Assembly: GCF_963921235.1 (NCBI RefSeq) | Contig: NC_086097.1 | Span: 148,306,001-148,370,000 of the forward strand | Direction of reading: 5' to 3' | DNA: 64,000 nucleotides | DNA from: Mobula hypostoma | Lineage: Eukaryota | Shown: piece by piece, positions 52,108-64,000 of the stretch | Layout of the letters: each line of letters starts with the position of its first letter | How positions within the stretch are numbered: position 1 is the stretch's first letter | Program-made: the position numbers and the translations under genes | The notes under the pieces: generated by a model | Seen by the model: the letters and a program-made list of their open reading frames with translations, nothing else | What the model was told of the DNA's origin: nothing | Databases searched by the model: none

Positions 52108-53080
52108 TGTCATAAGGGGGCAGGGGTGTTGGGAATGGACCCAAATGCTAGACACAGACACTGAAGTATTGGGAACCGGACTGGACTAGAGTTAGGGACA
52201 GGACTGGACACAGACCAGGAGCTGGAACAGGAACACAGACTTAGGCTAGGACTTTGACTAGGAAAGCGGGACCAGGACGAGGAACTGAGAACTAGGAGCC
52301 TGGGCTTGGACTCCAAGCCAGAGACTGGACAAGGACCCAGAACCTGGGTCTTGACTTGGGCTCGGACCTCAGAACTAGGCGAGGACATGATGAGCCTTGG
52401 GTTCTTCAAGGGTCCTCCTGGGAAGGACGAGGGTCCTCCTGGGCCAGGATGCTTTCACAGGGCCGGGCCCCTTCCTTGGACACTGGGCCAGGATGCTTAC
52501 TAGGATGCGGGACAGGTATGACTGCCGAGGTAACCTGGCGAGAAACTGTCAGGGATTCAGATGGGGAGGGAAAGAGAACAGTCCAGCCTCAGGGTAACAG
52601 CAAGAACAGCCTGACTTACCCCACAGAAGCAAGGACAGGAAGGGAGCTCAATCTGGGGTGGTTCCGAGTCTTGGGGCGGCCAGCAACCTTGGCTGGCTAT
52701 GGAAACAGCCAAATCCATATCTAGCTCGGAGTGGCAGACAGCCACTCAGCTGGCCCCAGAAACGAACAAATCCATATCCCGATGACTGCTCTGACTACAG
52801 ACAACAAGGCTCCATGAAGCAGTGGTCCTCCAACCAGGCCTAGAGATCATGAATGGCTGCTCTAGCCTTCCACCAGCAGGTTGCTCCAAGAGAATACTGA
52901 CAAGACAAACCAGCACCCACACTCGAACCCAGGGCCACTTATATTCCCAGCACCAAGACGAGCATCAGGTGCCTATGATTAAGCCCAACTGAAACAAAGG
53001 ACAGCCGGAAGACCCAGAGTCCGGACTCCACGGACCAGACCGTGAACCGGAATGTGGACTTCACGGACCAGACCATGACA
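52108..53080 (-). mobile_element. Solo-LTR-like insertion, 973 bp, in the L2 3' UTR
   Basis: Termini TGTCAT...ATGACA; exact 5-bp TSD AACCC (52103-52107 / 53081-53085). Confidence 0.85.
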
Positions 53081-53837
53081 AACCCATGTTGACCAAAGTG
53101 CTGTACAAACCATAACAGGTAGCTAAAGTCACAAATACAAGAAACACAGGTATAAACAACAAGGCACACAGCTTATAGGCACAAAATAAACAACACATGA
53201 GCCTAGGCACAAACCAAAAATCAGTCACATCAGGAAGATTGAAACGCTAGTAAGTAAAGGTAAGTTTTGAGCCTGGACTTAAAAGAGTCAATGGAGGAGG
53301 CAGATCTGACAGGTAGGGGAATGCTGTTCCACAGTCTAGGGGCTACAACAGCAAAGGTGCGGTCACCCCTGAACTTAAATTTAGATCGCGGGACAGCCAG
53401 GAGCCCCAAGTCAGCCGACCTGAGGGACCTGGAAGTAGAATAAAGGGTTAGAAGGTCTGTGATATAGGAGGGGGGTAGCCCACTTAGGACTTTATAAACA
53501 AACAGGGGAACCTTAAAATCTATTCTAAACCATACTGGTAGCCAGCCAGCGGAGAGAGGCCAGGATAGAAGTAATATGGTCCCTCTTCCGGGCACCTGTC
53601 AGGAGCCTGGCTGTGGCATTCTGGACCAGTTGCAGATGGGACAGGGACGACTAACTAATCCCAGTGTACAGGGAGTTGGAGTAGTCCAAGCGGGAGGATA
53701 TAAGGGCGTGGATGACTTTCTTGAGATCTTTAAAAGAGAGAAACAACTTGATTTGGCAATAGTACGAAGCTGGAAAAAGCTGGCTTTTACTACTGCATTA
53801 ACTTGCTTGTCAAACTTAAAGGTGGAATCAAATATCA

Positions 53838-54477
53838 TATAACCACATAACAATTACAGCAGGGAAACAGGCCATCTCCACCCTTCTAGTCCGTGCCGAA
53901 CTCTTACACTCACCTAGTCCCACCGACCTGCACTCACCCCATAACCCTCCATTCCTTTCCATTCCATATATCTATCCAATTTAACTTTAAATGACAACAT
54001 CGAACCTGCCTCAACCACTTCTGCTGGAAGCTCGTTCCACATAGCTACCATTCTCTGAGTAAAGCAGTTCCCCCTCATGTTACCTCTAAACTTTTGCCCT
54101 TTAAATCTCAACTCATGTCCTCTTGTTTGAATCTCCCCCACTCTCAATGGAAAAAGCCTATCCACGTCAACTCTATCTATCCCCCTCATAATTTTAAATA
54201 CCTCTATCAAGTCCCCCCTCAACCTTCTACGTTCCAAAGAATAAAGACCCAACTTGTTCAACCTTTCTCTGTAACTTAGGTGATGAAACCCAGGTAACAT
54301 TCTAGTAAATCTTCTCTGTACTCTCTTCATTTTGTTGACATCTTTCCTATAATTCGGTGACCAAAACTGTACACAATACTCCAAATTTGGCTTCACCAAT
54401 GCCTTGTACAATTTCAACATTACATCCCAACTCCTATACTCAATGCTCTGATTTATAAAGGCCAGTATACCAAAAGC
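53838..54477 (-). mobile_element. 5'-truncated CR1 inserted in the L2 ORF
   Basis: AFGILAFINQSIEYRS..CVQFWSP..FTQRMV; flanked by TATCA at 53833-53837 and 54478-54482. Confidence 0.9.
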
Positions 54478-55479
54478 TATCACACCAAGGTTTTTGACAT
54501 GGGGTTTGACAAGGGTGGACAGGTTACCAAGACTGTTGGTCATCACTTTGATGGAGTCAGGGGGGCCAAATAGGACAACTTCAGACTTGCCTTCATTCAG
54601 CTGTAGGAAGTTTTGTGCCATCCAACACTTCATGTCCTCAAGGCAGTTCATGAGGTTGACTAGATTTGACAGGTCATTTGGTTTCAAGGGGAGATAAAGG
54701 TGTCGTCAGCATAACAATGGAAGGAAATGTCGTGTTTTTGAATGATTTGACCGAGGGGAAGCATGTATATAGAGAACAGAATGGGACCTTGTGGGACCCC
54801 ACAGGAGAAACTAGCTGGAGAAGAGGAATGTTTGCCTACGTTGATGGAGAAGCTTCTATTTTTGAGGTAGGATGTGAACGAGTTCAAGGCGAAAGCTTGG
54901 AGATCGTTCGGGTGCCTCAGCGATCTGCAATCTCTGAGAGTATTCCGGGTGATAGTGACGGCATGCAGAAACCTCGTGGTGAGAAGCCTACGGGATGGGG
55001 CACAAGCCATTGTTCGACTCCATTTTGACGATTAAAATTTCCGTTGTTCGCTGATTAAAGTGACGAGGGAGATTGAAGCATAGAGGCAAATGTGGAGGGT
55101 GAGTGCTATCTGCCAGTCTTTTTATCGCTCTGCTACGAAGAGGGAAACGCCTGCCACTGGGCCCGGAGTTTGTTACCCAGGTTTTCTGTGTTTTGAATGT
55201 GGACTTGGTCTATAGACTTTTTCAGCTTTATAGCTTTTTATATTCTGTGCTTTTGGACCAATGTTTCTTGTTTGTTTTGTGCAGGAGAAGGAATTTGGGG
55301 GTTGATGTGCCTGTTTGGTTTTTGTCCGTTTTTTTGTGCGAGGAGGGGGGATTTTTGGGGGCTGATGGTTATGCTGCCTTTCTTTTCTTTCCTGGTTTCA
55401 TGGCTACCCAGAGAAGAATTTCAAGTCGTATACTTTGATAGTAAATGTACCTTTGAACCTTTGAAGTTACAAAATCTAA

Positions 55480-58400
55480 CGGTAGTGGCAAGAAGGTTTT
55501 AAATGAACCCGAGATGATTAGTTACCTGTTGAAGCACAGCAAGATGTTTGAGGTAAAAAAAAAGTGCAGCATGTGCTCCTTTGGGAATGGACAGAGATGG
55601 CCAAGTTAAAAAGAAGGCAGAGAATGGACAAAATTCATGGGTTCCTAAACAGTGATAATAATCAGGGGATACCAGGGGATAATAATCATAAATAAAAAAA
55701 AATCTGGCTACACTGGAAATATAGACACGTTTAATTGCACAAGAGATAACTGGATATTGTATACTGAGTGGATTGACCAGTATTTTAAAGCAAGTGAAAT
55801 ACCCAAAGAAAAGTGAGTGGCCATTTTGCTGAGTGCATTGGGCAGAAAAGCATACAGTTTCTTAGAAGTTTGAGTGCTCCAACCAAAGCAGCTGAAGTGA
55901 GCTTTGCTGATATCATGAAGGTAATGCAGGAGCATTTAGAGCTGAAACCATTGTTGATTGCAGAATGCTCTAGGTTTCATAAGCAGACTAAAAGTAAGGA
56001 TACCCTTGATATGTGTGAGTTTTCTGATGCTATCCCTGAACACTGTTGTTGCATCACTAATATCAGCATATGTGGCTGAATGGAAGAAGTTATCTGAGCA
56101 CTGTCAGTTCAGTAATAGGCACTGAGAGATTACTTAGTATGTGGAATCTGACGAGAAAGCATTCAGGAAGGCTTCTAACTGAAGCACAACTTACATTTAA
56201 ATGAGCAGTTGAAAGTGCTGTATCATTGAAAACTGCAGCCAGAGACGCAATTGAGCAGCTGTCAGGACTGAAAGATAGTGTGAATAAAATTGCAACGCCT
56301 GGCTGAACAAAGTGAGTTACCATTGAGAAAGGGGCTCGCATCACCAGACCAATGCAGTTTAAAGGCGAAACTAAGTAGGACACATACAAAGAGCCTGTTG
56401 GGCAGACAAATATATATGGACTGCAGAAGGAAGTAAGAAAGATAAAAAGTCAAGTTGGAGCTTCAAAAAGAGTACTAATCTGCATGCTGTTGAAGAAAAA
56501 TCTGATAATGATGACAGTGACATAGGACTGAGTAACTTGAATCTTACAATGTGATAGTTAACAATAGACAAGCTACACCAGAAATGAATGGCAAATTAAT
56601 TAAAATGGATTTGGACACTGGCTTGGCTGTTTCAGTCATTCCACAAAATGAATTTGAATAGCATTTCAAAGATAATGAACTAAAGCCTGTTGATATCCAG
56701 CTAAGAACTTGTATTGGAGAAAAGATAACTCCTCTGGGAATGTCTTTTTCAACAGTGAAATACAGCAACCAACAAGCGTCACTGGGCTTGTATGTAGTAA
56801 AAGCAAGAGGGCCAGCTTTGTGGGGACATGACTGGCTGAGACAACTACAACTTGATTGGAGATCCATCCATCATTTGTATGACACATCTCCTGCAACAGA
56901 GTCAACTGAAACCAAATTAAGAAAGGCACTTTATGATACCGCAGCAGTGTTCAGGGATGGCATTAGAAAATTCAAACATACCAAAGGTAAAATCGTAAAC
57001 ATGAGAAAGTTTTCAGATGCTGGAAATCCAAAGCAACACACACAAGATGCTGGAGGAACTCAGCGTGTCAGGCAGCATCATGGAAATGAATAAACAATCG
57101 GTGTTTCGGGCTGAGACCCTTCTTCTGGACTGAAAAGGAAGGAGGATAAAGACAGAATAAAAAAGTGGGGGTTGGAGAAGGAGGCTAGCTGGAAGGTGAT
57201 AGGGGAAGCCAGGTGTGTGGGAAAGGTAAAGGTAAAGGGCTGGAGAAGAAGGAATCTGACAGGAGAGGAGAGTGGACCCTAGGAGAAGGATGAAGGATAG
57301 GTAGGTGAGAAGAGGTACAAGGCCAGAGTGGGGGATGTAGGAAGAAGGGAGGGGGAGGTTAAAAATATTACAGGAAGGAGAAACCTTGCTACTGTGCTTC
57401 ACCTCTTGAACTCATTACAACAGATCAAAAAGTAATGGCAATGGACAAAACATTGTGATGCGACTTTCCAAAAGGCAAAGGAACTGGTGATGTCAAGTAC
57501 TGTCATCACATTATGATCACATCCAGTGAGGACTGTCTGTGATGTCTCCCTTATGGCATAGGTGCAGTCAGGTCACTGATGCAGAGAAAAATTATGCAGA
57601 GATTGACAGAAAGGTGTTAAGTCTGGTTTGGGGCATAAAATGTTTCAACCAGTACTTGTATGGGAGAGGGTTTACCCTCATTACTGATCACCAAACACTA
57701 GTGTCCATTTTCAATCCACATAAGAGTGTTCCACGAACAGCAGCAGCATATATGTCGAGAGGGCTTCTGTTTCTTGGAGGACACAATTACAAGACCAATT
57801 TCAAGAAGACAACTAATTATGGAGACTTTGCTGGATTGCCCCACTTACCCTTGGAAAAGGAAAGACCTGAAATATTTACAAAAGAAGATGCTCCTTTTGA
57901 CGTGTTCTCCCTAATGCAAATTGAAAGTCACCCTATTATGGCAGAAATGATCGAAAGGGAAACCAAAAAGACCCCACATTGTCACAGATCTACTGCACAT
58001 AACCAGCCAAAATGGCTGGGATATGCAGCAAAAATTCCAGTTCCCTGGATGAACTTGCCATTGATGGAGATTGCCCTATGCAGGGATTGAGAGTTGTGCA
58101 ATTCATGTTGAGAGCTAACGTGTTGGAGGAGCTACATGCCATTAATCTAGGTGTGATCAAAATGAAAACCATTGGCTTGAAGCTTTGCCTGGTGGCCTAG
58201 GATAGGTCAGCAGATAACGCAGCTTGCCATGCACTGTTTGGGATGCCAACACATCCTTGGGAACGGCCTGCATTGCCCTGGCAGAGGATTCATGTGGCTT
58301 TTGCTAGACCATGAATGGGCACAAATTTCTTGGTAGTAGTGTATGCTACTACAAAGTGGCGGGGAGTGTTCCCAACAGACTCCACTGCAGTCTCACACAC

Positions 58401-58630
58401 TGTTGAGAAGCTTCTTTTCATGGATTGGTGCTCCAAAACAGTTAGTCAGTAACAATGGACCACAGTTTGTTGTGGAACAATTTCAGTCATTTCTGAAAAT
58501 GAATCTACATCTACATTGTACCACCCAGCTACAAATGGCTTGGCAGAAAGGATTGTCCCAGAATCTAAAGAACGCACTACCAACAATGTCAGCAGAGCAC
58601 ACTACACTGACACTGAATCAGGAGCTCACC
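55480..58630 (+). mobile_element. Degenerate Gypsy/Ty3 internal region (gag, protease, RNase H, integrase; RT core missing)
   Basis: gag-like VAILLSALG..EHLELKPLLIAE; protease MDLDTGLAVSVI near 56605; RNase H NYAEIDRKVLSLVWGIKCFNQYLYGRGFTLITDH; integrase VLEELH, PWQRIHV, PKQLVSNNGPQF, YHPATNGLAER. The RH-IN order fits Gypsy. Confidence 0.9.
56995..57385 (-). mobile_element. Penelope-derived short repeat inside the Gypsy pol; hammerhead core mutated
   Basis: cagatgctggaaatcc..ggaggaactcagc..tttcgggctgagaccct followed by a purine-rich tract. Confidence 0.7.
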
Positions 58631-60959
58631 AAAATTCATTACACTGGGGATATATAGCAGCTCTCTTATATACTGTAGTATACTGTCGTTGTTGCACTTG
58701 CTCCTGGGTACATTGTATGAAATGATATTGAATTCTGACACATCCCATCATTCTGCACATTTACACATCTGAATTGGCCCCAGGCCTGTTTTCTCAGTCT
58801 GATTATGAACTGAGGCATGTGCATGCCCACCATTGTTTCCCTGCCTCTTCCTTGGCATAGAATTGTCACTACATTGGGTTTAGGATATTAAAAGAGAGCA
58901 TTTGTTAAGGATGACTATGGGAAGCCTTTGCCAAGGATTGTCACCTTATTGTGGTGGAGAGGGTTGTGAGTTCCTGAAATCCCCCAGTGTTGCCGTCTAG
59001 AGCTTAGCTCCTGGTAGGATCATCCGTGGCAGTGATGTCACAGGGAAGGTTGCAGACAAAGAGCTATCCAAGCAACACGTCAGTGGTGGAGCTGATGGAA
59101 GATAACGACACATCACAAAAGCAGTGAAGATGGAGGAAGGTTGCAGCCGTGAAGCATCCCCAGTCATCTTGCATTCCATGCCACCAAACTCTGACCCTGA
59201 TCTCTCTAGGAATGTGTGGTGGCTACCTGTGCATCAACCTCCCAAGGTTAAGCAAAGTCACAAACAGGCGTTCTTCATTAATGGCATAACCCCTTAGGAG
59301 AACATCACACTTGACTCCAGTGACTGCACTCCTATTCTGCTACTACTAGTACTACTATGGAAAGCAGGTAGCATACTACCTTGAATTTGAATGTCAGGTG
59401 TCATCAGACAGATGAAATATGAAGAAGGGTATAGAAAGAAACAAATGTCTGTTAAAGAAAGATGGTGAATTTAAGTAATTTTCAAGATTGAGTAAGGAGG
59501 TAGAGTAATGCACACTTTGAGATGATAAGCATGGCGCGACATTCACCGTCTAAGATGGAAAAGCTATTCGATTCATTTTAACATTAAATTGGAGACTGCT
59601 ACTCACTTCTGCAACTACACCCATGTCGATTATGCATCACCACCTGGCTTTTCCTTCCATTAACAGGGAAAGTGATGTCTCATCGTGTTCTTACAGTCGA
59701 GAGGCTCTCCATGTTTATTATTCTGTGAAAGTGTGCTTATGTGGACAATTGGTGAGGACAGACTTGGCCTCAACTATGCGATGACTCAGTGGTTAGCTTA
59801 CATGCAAACAATCCATCTCCAATCTCACACATAATGAAGGAGGTCAAGGGTGAGATAACAGGGTTGAGGACAGACACAATATTGTATTCAGTCAGTGCTG
59901 AGAAGAGAGGCGAACAAAAATCCTAAACTTGCAGTTGTTTATCGAAGAGCCTAAAACATAACAGTTTTTATTCAATGGCTCAAGATAACTTCAAAATAAG
60001 ACAATATACTATAAATACAGTTTAACATATTAGATAATATGGACGTCTGTGAGTGTTGGCAATATTGTAGCAGAATGATTTTGTGACTCATTTAGGGAAT
60101 TTTTTCTTATGAGTGGGAGCAACACAGAGGTGGGAAGTATGAGGAAAATGATATTCACTTTTAAATCTGGCAGTAAAATTGTAGACTGTAAATGAAAAGG
60201 AAACTAAGATAGATTAGTGTGTTGACAGTTCCACTGTGATCCTGGGTGATGATACAAAGGATAGTAGTGTTTTACACTGAAGGTAACAAAGGATTGGGAA
60301 TCTGTTAAATAAATGAAAATAGGGGGCTGGTTGTGAGTTACAGAGGGTAACAGAACTGTCAGTGTTACATTGAATTATAAAAGAGCCAACTAGGTGTTAA
60401 CGTAGTAGATAGTTGAAGAATACTGTAGCTTGGTGTTACATAGCTTTGGCAATAAGTTACTTGCAGGATCATAAAGTGCTGGTTGTGTGCCACACAAAGA
60501 TAGTAAAGAAATGTAAATGATAAACACAAGCCATTGAAAATTGCAAACTCAGCAAGTTCCATCATGGGAACTAGCCTCTCCAGCATCGAAGACAGCTTCA
60601 AAAGGCAGTGCCTCAAAAAGATAGCATCTATCACTAAGGATGCCCATCACCCAGGACATGCCCTCTTCTCATTGTTATGATCAAGGAAGAAGTACAGAAG
60701 CCTGAAGACACACACTCAATGCATTAGAAACTGTTTCTCCTCTTCTGCTAGCATATTTATGAATGGGCAATGAACCCATGTACACTACCTCACTCGTTTT
60801 TTTCTTTTTTTCCCCTCTTTTTGCACTGTTTATTTAATTAAAATTTTAAAGATATATTTCTTATTACAACGTATAATGTTTCAAAATCATTATATATTGT
60901 AATGTACTGCTGCCGCAAAACAAGAAATTTCACAATATAAGCCAGATTCTGATTCTGAG

Positions 60960-61465
60960 AGGCTAGGAATCCAGAGCAACACAGACAAAATATTGGAGGA
61001 ACTCAGCAGGTCAGGCTACAACTATGGACTGGAAACGAAGGGGGAAACATCCAGAACAGGAAAATGGGGGGAGGGGAAGAAGTACAAGATATAAGGTGAT
61101 AGGGGAAGAAAGTTGATTGGGGAGGACAACGAAGTAAGAAGCTGGGAGATGATAGGTGAGTGAAGTAAAGGGCTGGAGAAGAAGGAATCTGATAGGAGAG
61201 GAGAATGAACCATGGGAGAAAGGGAAGGGAGGAGGGGGTCACCAGGGGGAGGTTACATGCAAGTGAGGAGGAGAGAATAGGTAAGAAAGGAGATAGAGTG
61301 GGAAATGGAAGAAGCTGAAGGGAGAGGTGAAAAATCGTCGGGTGTTGGGGAAATCGATGTTCATACTGTTAGGTTGGAAGTGATCCTGATAGAGTGTGAG
61401 TTGTCGCACCTCCAGCCTGAGAGTAGCCTCATCGCGGCAGTAGAGGAGCCCATGCACCAACATGC
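60960..61465 (-). mobile_element. Penelope-derived repeat
   Basis: GLLYCRDEATLRLE..FQPNSMNIDF GIY-YIG C-terminal remnant, plus the same terminus as the other copies. Confidence 0.65.
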
Positions 61466-61699
61466 AAGATAGTGCTGGTGAAGTATGGTGGCGTGTTGCG
61501 GGCAGCTTGCAAAGCTTCTAAATATACTTCTTGTGAGTAACTCTCACTGCAATTTGCATCCTGTAATTTCCTTTTAAAGTACCACACATCTGAACCCCCT
61601 TCATAAACTAGCACTTTCACAATCTTCTGAAGGACTCAGCAGAATGAACTCTCACGCATGCAGGTATGACAGGTTTAAGCAGATGAAGGTACAGAGCCA

Positions 61700-63250
61700 T
61701 GGCTGAAAGAGAGGGAGGAGGGGAGGACTCCAAGCTGGATTAAAATGCTGGGGTATGAAACTTCCTGAACCCAGAATTTCATTAGCAAATATACCACCAC
61801 TGAACAACAAGACTGAGGACCCAAGAGAAATTTTGCAGTATCAGAGATAAATGAGGAATTGCTCCATTCTGTGTTTCTCAGAGACATGGCTTACTCCAGA
61901 CAAGGTGGATACATTGATAAGACCTGAGGGCCTCTTGATACACAGGATGGGCCAGGCTGATGATCTGGTGAAGGCAGATGGTGGGGGTCTGTGTTACATG
62001 ATAAATTCTTTGTGGTGCTTGGAGGCAGTTGTCTTGTCAACCTGCAATATCTGATGATTAAGTGCTGACCATTCTACTTACCAAAGGAGTTCTCCTCCAT
62101 GATTCTGACCATAGTTTGCACATTGCACAAGGCCAATGTTAACCAGTCAATCGATGCCTTTCAAATCTTTATCACAGGACTTCAATCTGGCTTGTTTGAA
62201 GAAATCTCTGCCCAGTTATCATCAACATATCACCTGCAGTACCAGGGGTCGCAACACACTCGACCACTGTTATACCATGATTAGGAATGCCTACCATTCC
62301 ATGTCTAGACCACATTTTTGGAAATCTGATCACTTAGTTGTCCTCCAACCTGCATATAGGTAGAACGTAAAGAGCAAGTTTCCAAAAAGTAAGGACAACA
62401 AAGAGGTGGTCATAGGAGGCAAAGGAGCAGATAAAGGATTGTGTTGAGTTGGTGGACTCAAGAACTCAACAAAGCAGTCCCCCTAGTGTTCAATGACTCA
62501 TCAGAGGATCTGAATGAATACACCATGGTAGTAAAAATAGTCATAGATGAGTGTGTCCTCACAAAATCAGTCAGAGTCTTCCCCAGCAAGAAGCCCTGGA
62601 TGAACCATGAGATCCTCAATCTGCTGAGGGCCAGATCAGAGGCACACGTGTATGGCAACCAAGTAAGATACAAGAGGTCCAGGTACGATCTCCAGAAAGC
62701 CATCTCATGGGCAAAGTGTCAATTCTGGACTAAACTTGAATCACTGAAGGATGCTCAACAGCTGTGGCAGGGCTTGAAGTTTATCACCTTCTGCAAAGTA
62801 AAATCAAGCTGCTGCGTTCACCAGCAACTTTGATGTGTGTTGCTTGAATTTCCAGCATCTGCAGAATTCCTCATGTTGACATAGGTGACAACAAGGTTTC
62901 ACTTGCAGATGAGCTCAATTCATTTCATGGTCACTTTGGCCATCAAAACATTGTGGCACCTTCATGAACTACATAGGCCCCAATGACCATGTGATTTTAG
63001 TCTCTTCGGCCAATGTGAGAGCATCCTCAGGTGAGTGAACTCACAGGAAGCATCCGAACTGGATGAGGTCCCTGGCTGAGAACTAAAGACCTGAGCTGAA
63101 AAACTGTCTGGAATGTTCACCGAGATCGTTAACCTCTCACTTTGGCAGTCTAAGGTACCCACCTGCTAAAAGCAAACTTCAGTTATACTGGTAGCCAAGA
63201 AGAATGTGGTAACCTGTGTTAATGACTATTGTTCAGCAGCACTTATATGA
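61700..63250 (+). mobile_element. Degenerate Rex1/Babar-like LINE (APE and RT N-terminus)
   Basis: ILCFSETWL, GGGLC, TRGRNTLDHCYT, SDHL, KPWMNHEI. A short Penelope-tail insertion sits at about 62808-62878. Confidence 0.85.
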
Positions 63251-64000
63251 GCTTCTGCATCAAACACCTCATTCTCCATAACTTCTGCCATCTTCGACTG
63301 CACCCTACCACCAAGCACATCTTTACCTCCCCCACCCCCACTATCTGCTTTCTGCAAGGGTCACTCCCTCCATGACTTCCTTGTCCTTTTGTCCCTCCTC
63401 ACTCAGCTCTCTCCTGGCACATATCATTGCAAGTGACAGAAATGTTACACCTGCTCATTCACCTCCTCCATTACCTCCATTCAGGGCCCCAGACAGTCCT
63501 TACAGGTGAGGCAACACCTCTGTTGGGGGTCATCTATTGTATCCAGTGCCTCAAATAGTTCTTCCAGGTGAGTCAGCACTTCACCTGCAAATCTGTTGGG
63601 GTCATCTAATGTATCCGCTGCTCCCAAGGCAGGCCCAATGTAAGCTGGGGAACGGCTTTGGTGAGCACCTCTGCTCCATCCTCTAAAAGTGGAATTTTCT
63701 CGTGGCCAACTGTTTTAATTCCTATCCCCATTCCAGTTCCAACATGTCAGTCCGTGGTCTCCTCTTTTGCCAGGTTGAGGCACTCTCAGGGGTGGAGAAG
63801 CTATACCTTATTTTCCATCCTGATGACATGAATACCAATTTCTCCTTCTGGTAATTTTTTTCCCTTATCATTCCCTCTTCTTCTATTCGCCACTCTGGCC
63901 TCTTACCTCTTTTCCTCACATGCCTATTACCTCCCACTGGTGCCCCTCCTTCTTCCCTTTCTCCCACGGTCCACTCCTCTTCTACCAGATACCTTCTTCT
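63250..64000 (+). mobile_element. Penelope-like GIY-YIG 3' remnant
   Basis: Remnants of QGPRQSLQVRQH, F.CKSVGVI.CIRCS and FGEHL, then the pyrimidine-rich tract seen in the other copies. Confidence 0.7.

Larger units (their letters stand above)
52060..54890 (-). mobile_element. L2-clade LINE fragment carrying two nested insertions
   Basis: GVPQG, HCYADDT, CLEDMKCWMAQNFLQLNEGKSE, KNLGVI|FDS, RIDFKV..RSLRS..APRLWNS..FKSRLKT. L2-type 3' end cagcactttggtcaac...tttttaaatatgctttataaataaa. Confidence 0.9.

Noticed and set aside
52150..52390. Short recurring motifs that might suggest a CRISPR-like array
   Set aside because: Units are degenerate and irregular, have no unique spacers and lie inside an LTR-like element in eukaryotic DNA.

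Overview
Eukaryotic, repeat-rich vertebrate DNA; the repeat content points to a cartilaginous fish, probably a ray or shark (inference). Much of the window is transposable elements. These include CR1 LINEs (two with long open RT frames), a 5'-truncated HERO/NeSL-like RLE retroelement inside an old LTR element, an L1 fragment with a 13-bp TSD, L2, Rex1/Babar, a degenerate Gypsy element, two solo LTRs with exact TSDs, Tc1 and Penelope remnants, and several SINE types. No prokaryotic systems, CRISPR arrays or rRNA/tRNA genes were seen. Four phase-consistent minus-strand exons (39122->36127) suggest the 3' end of a host gene I cannot name; weaker candidate exons upstream include a 5-nt microexon. 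The most interesting signals are Penelope-type minimal hammerhead ribozyme motifs in short repeats, an in-frame L2-CR1 chimeric ORF inside a multi-level TE nest, and a diverged local duplication with perfectly conserved blocks. All family assignments come from motif recognition, not database searches.
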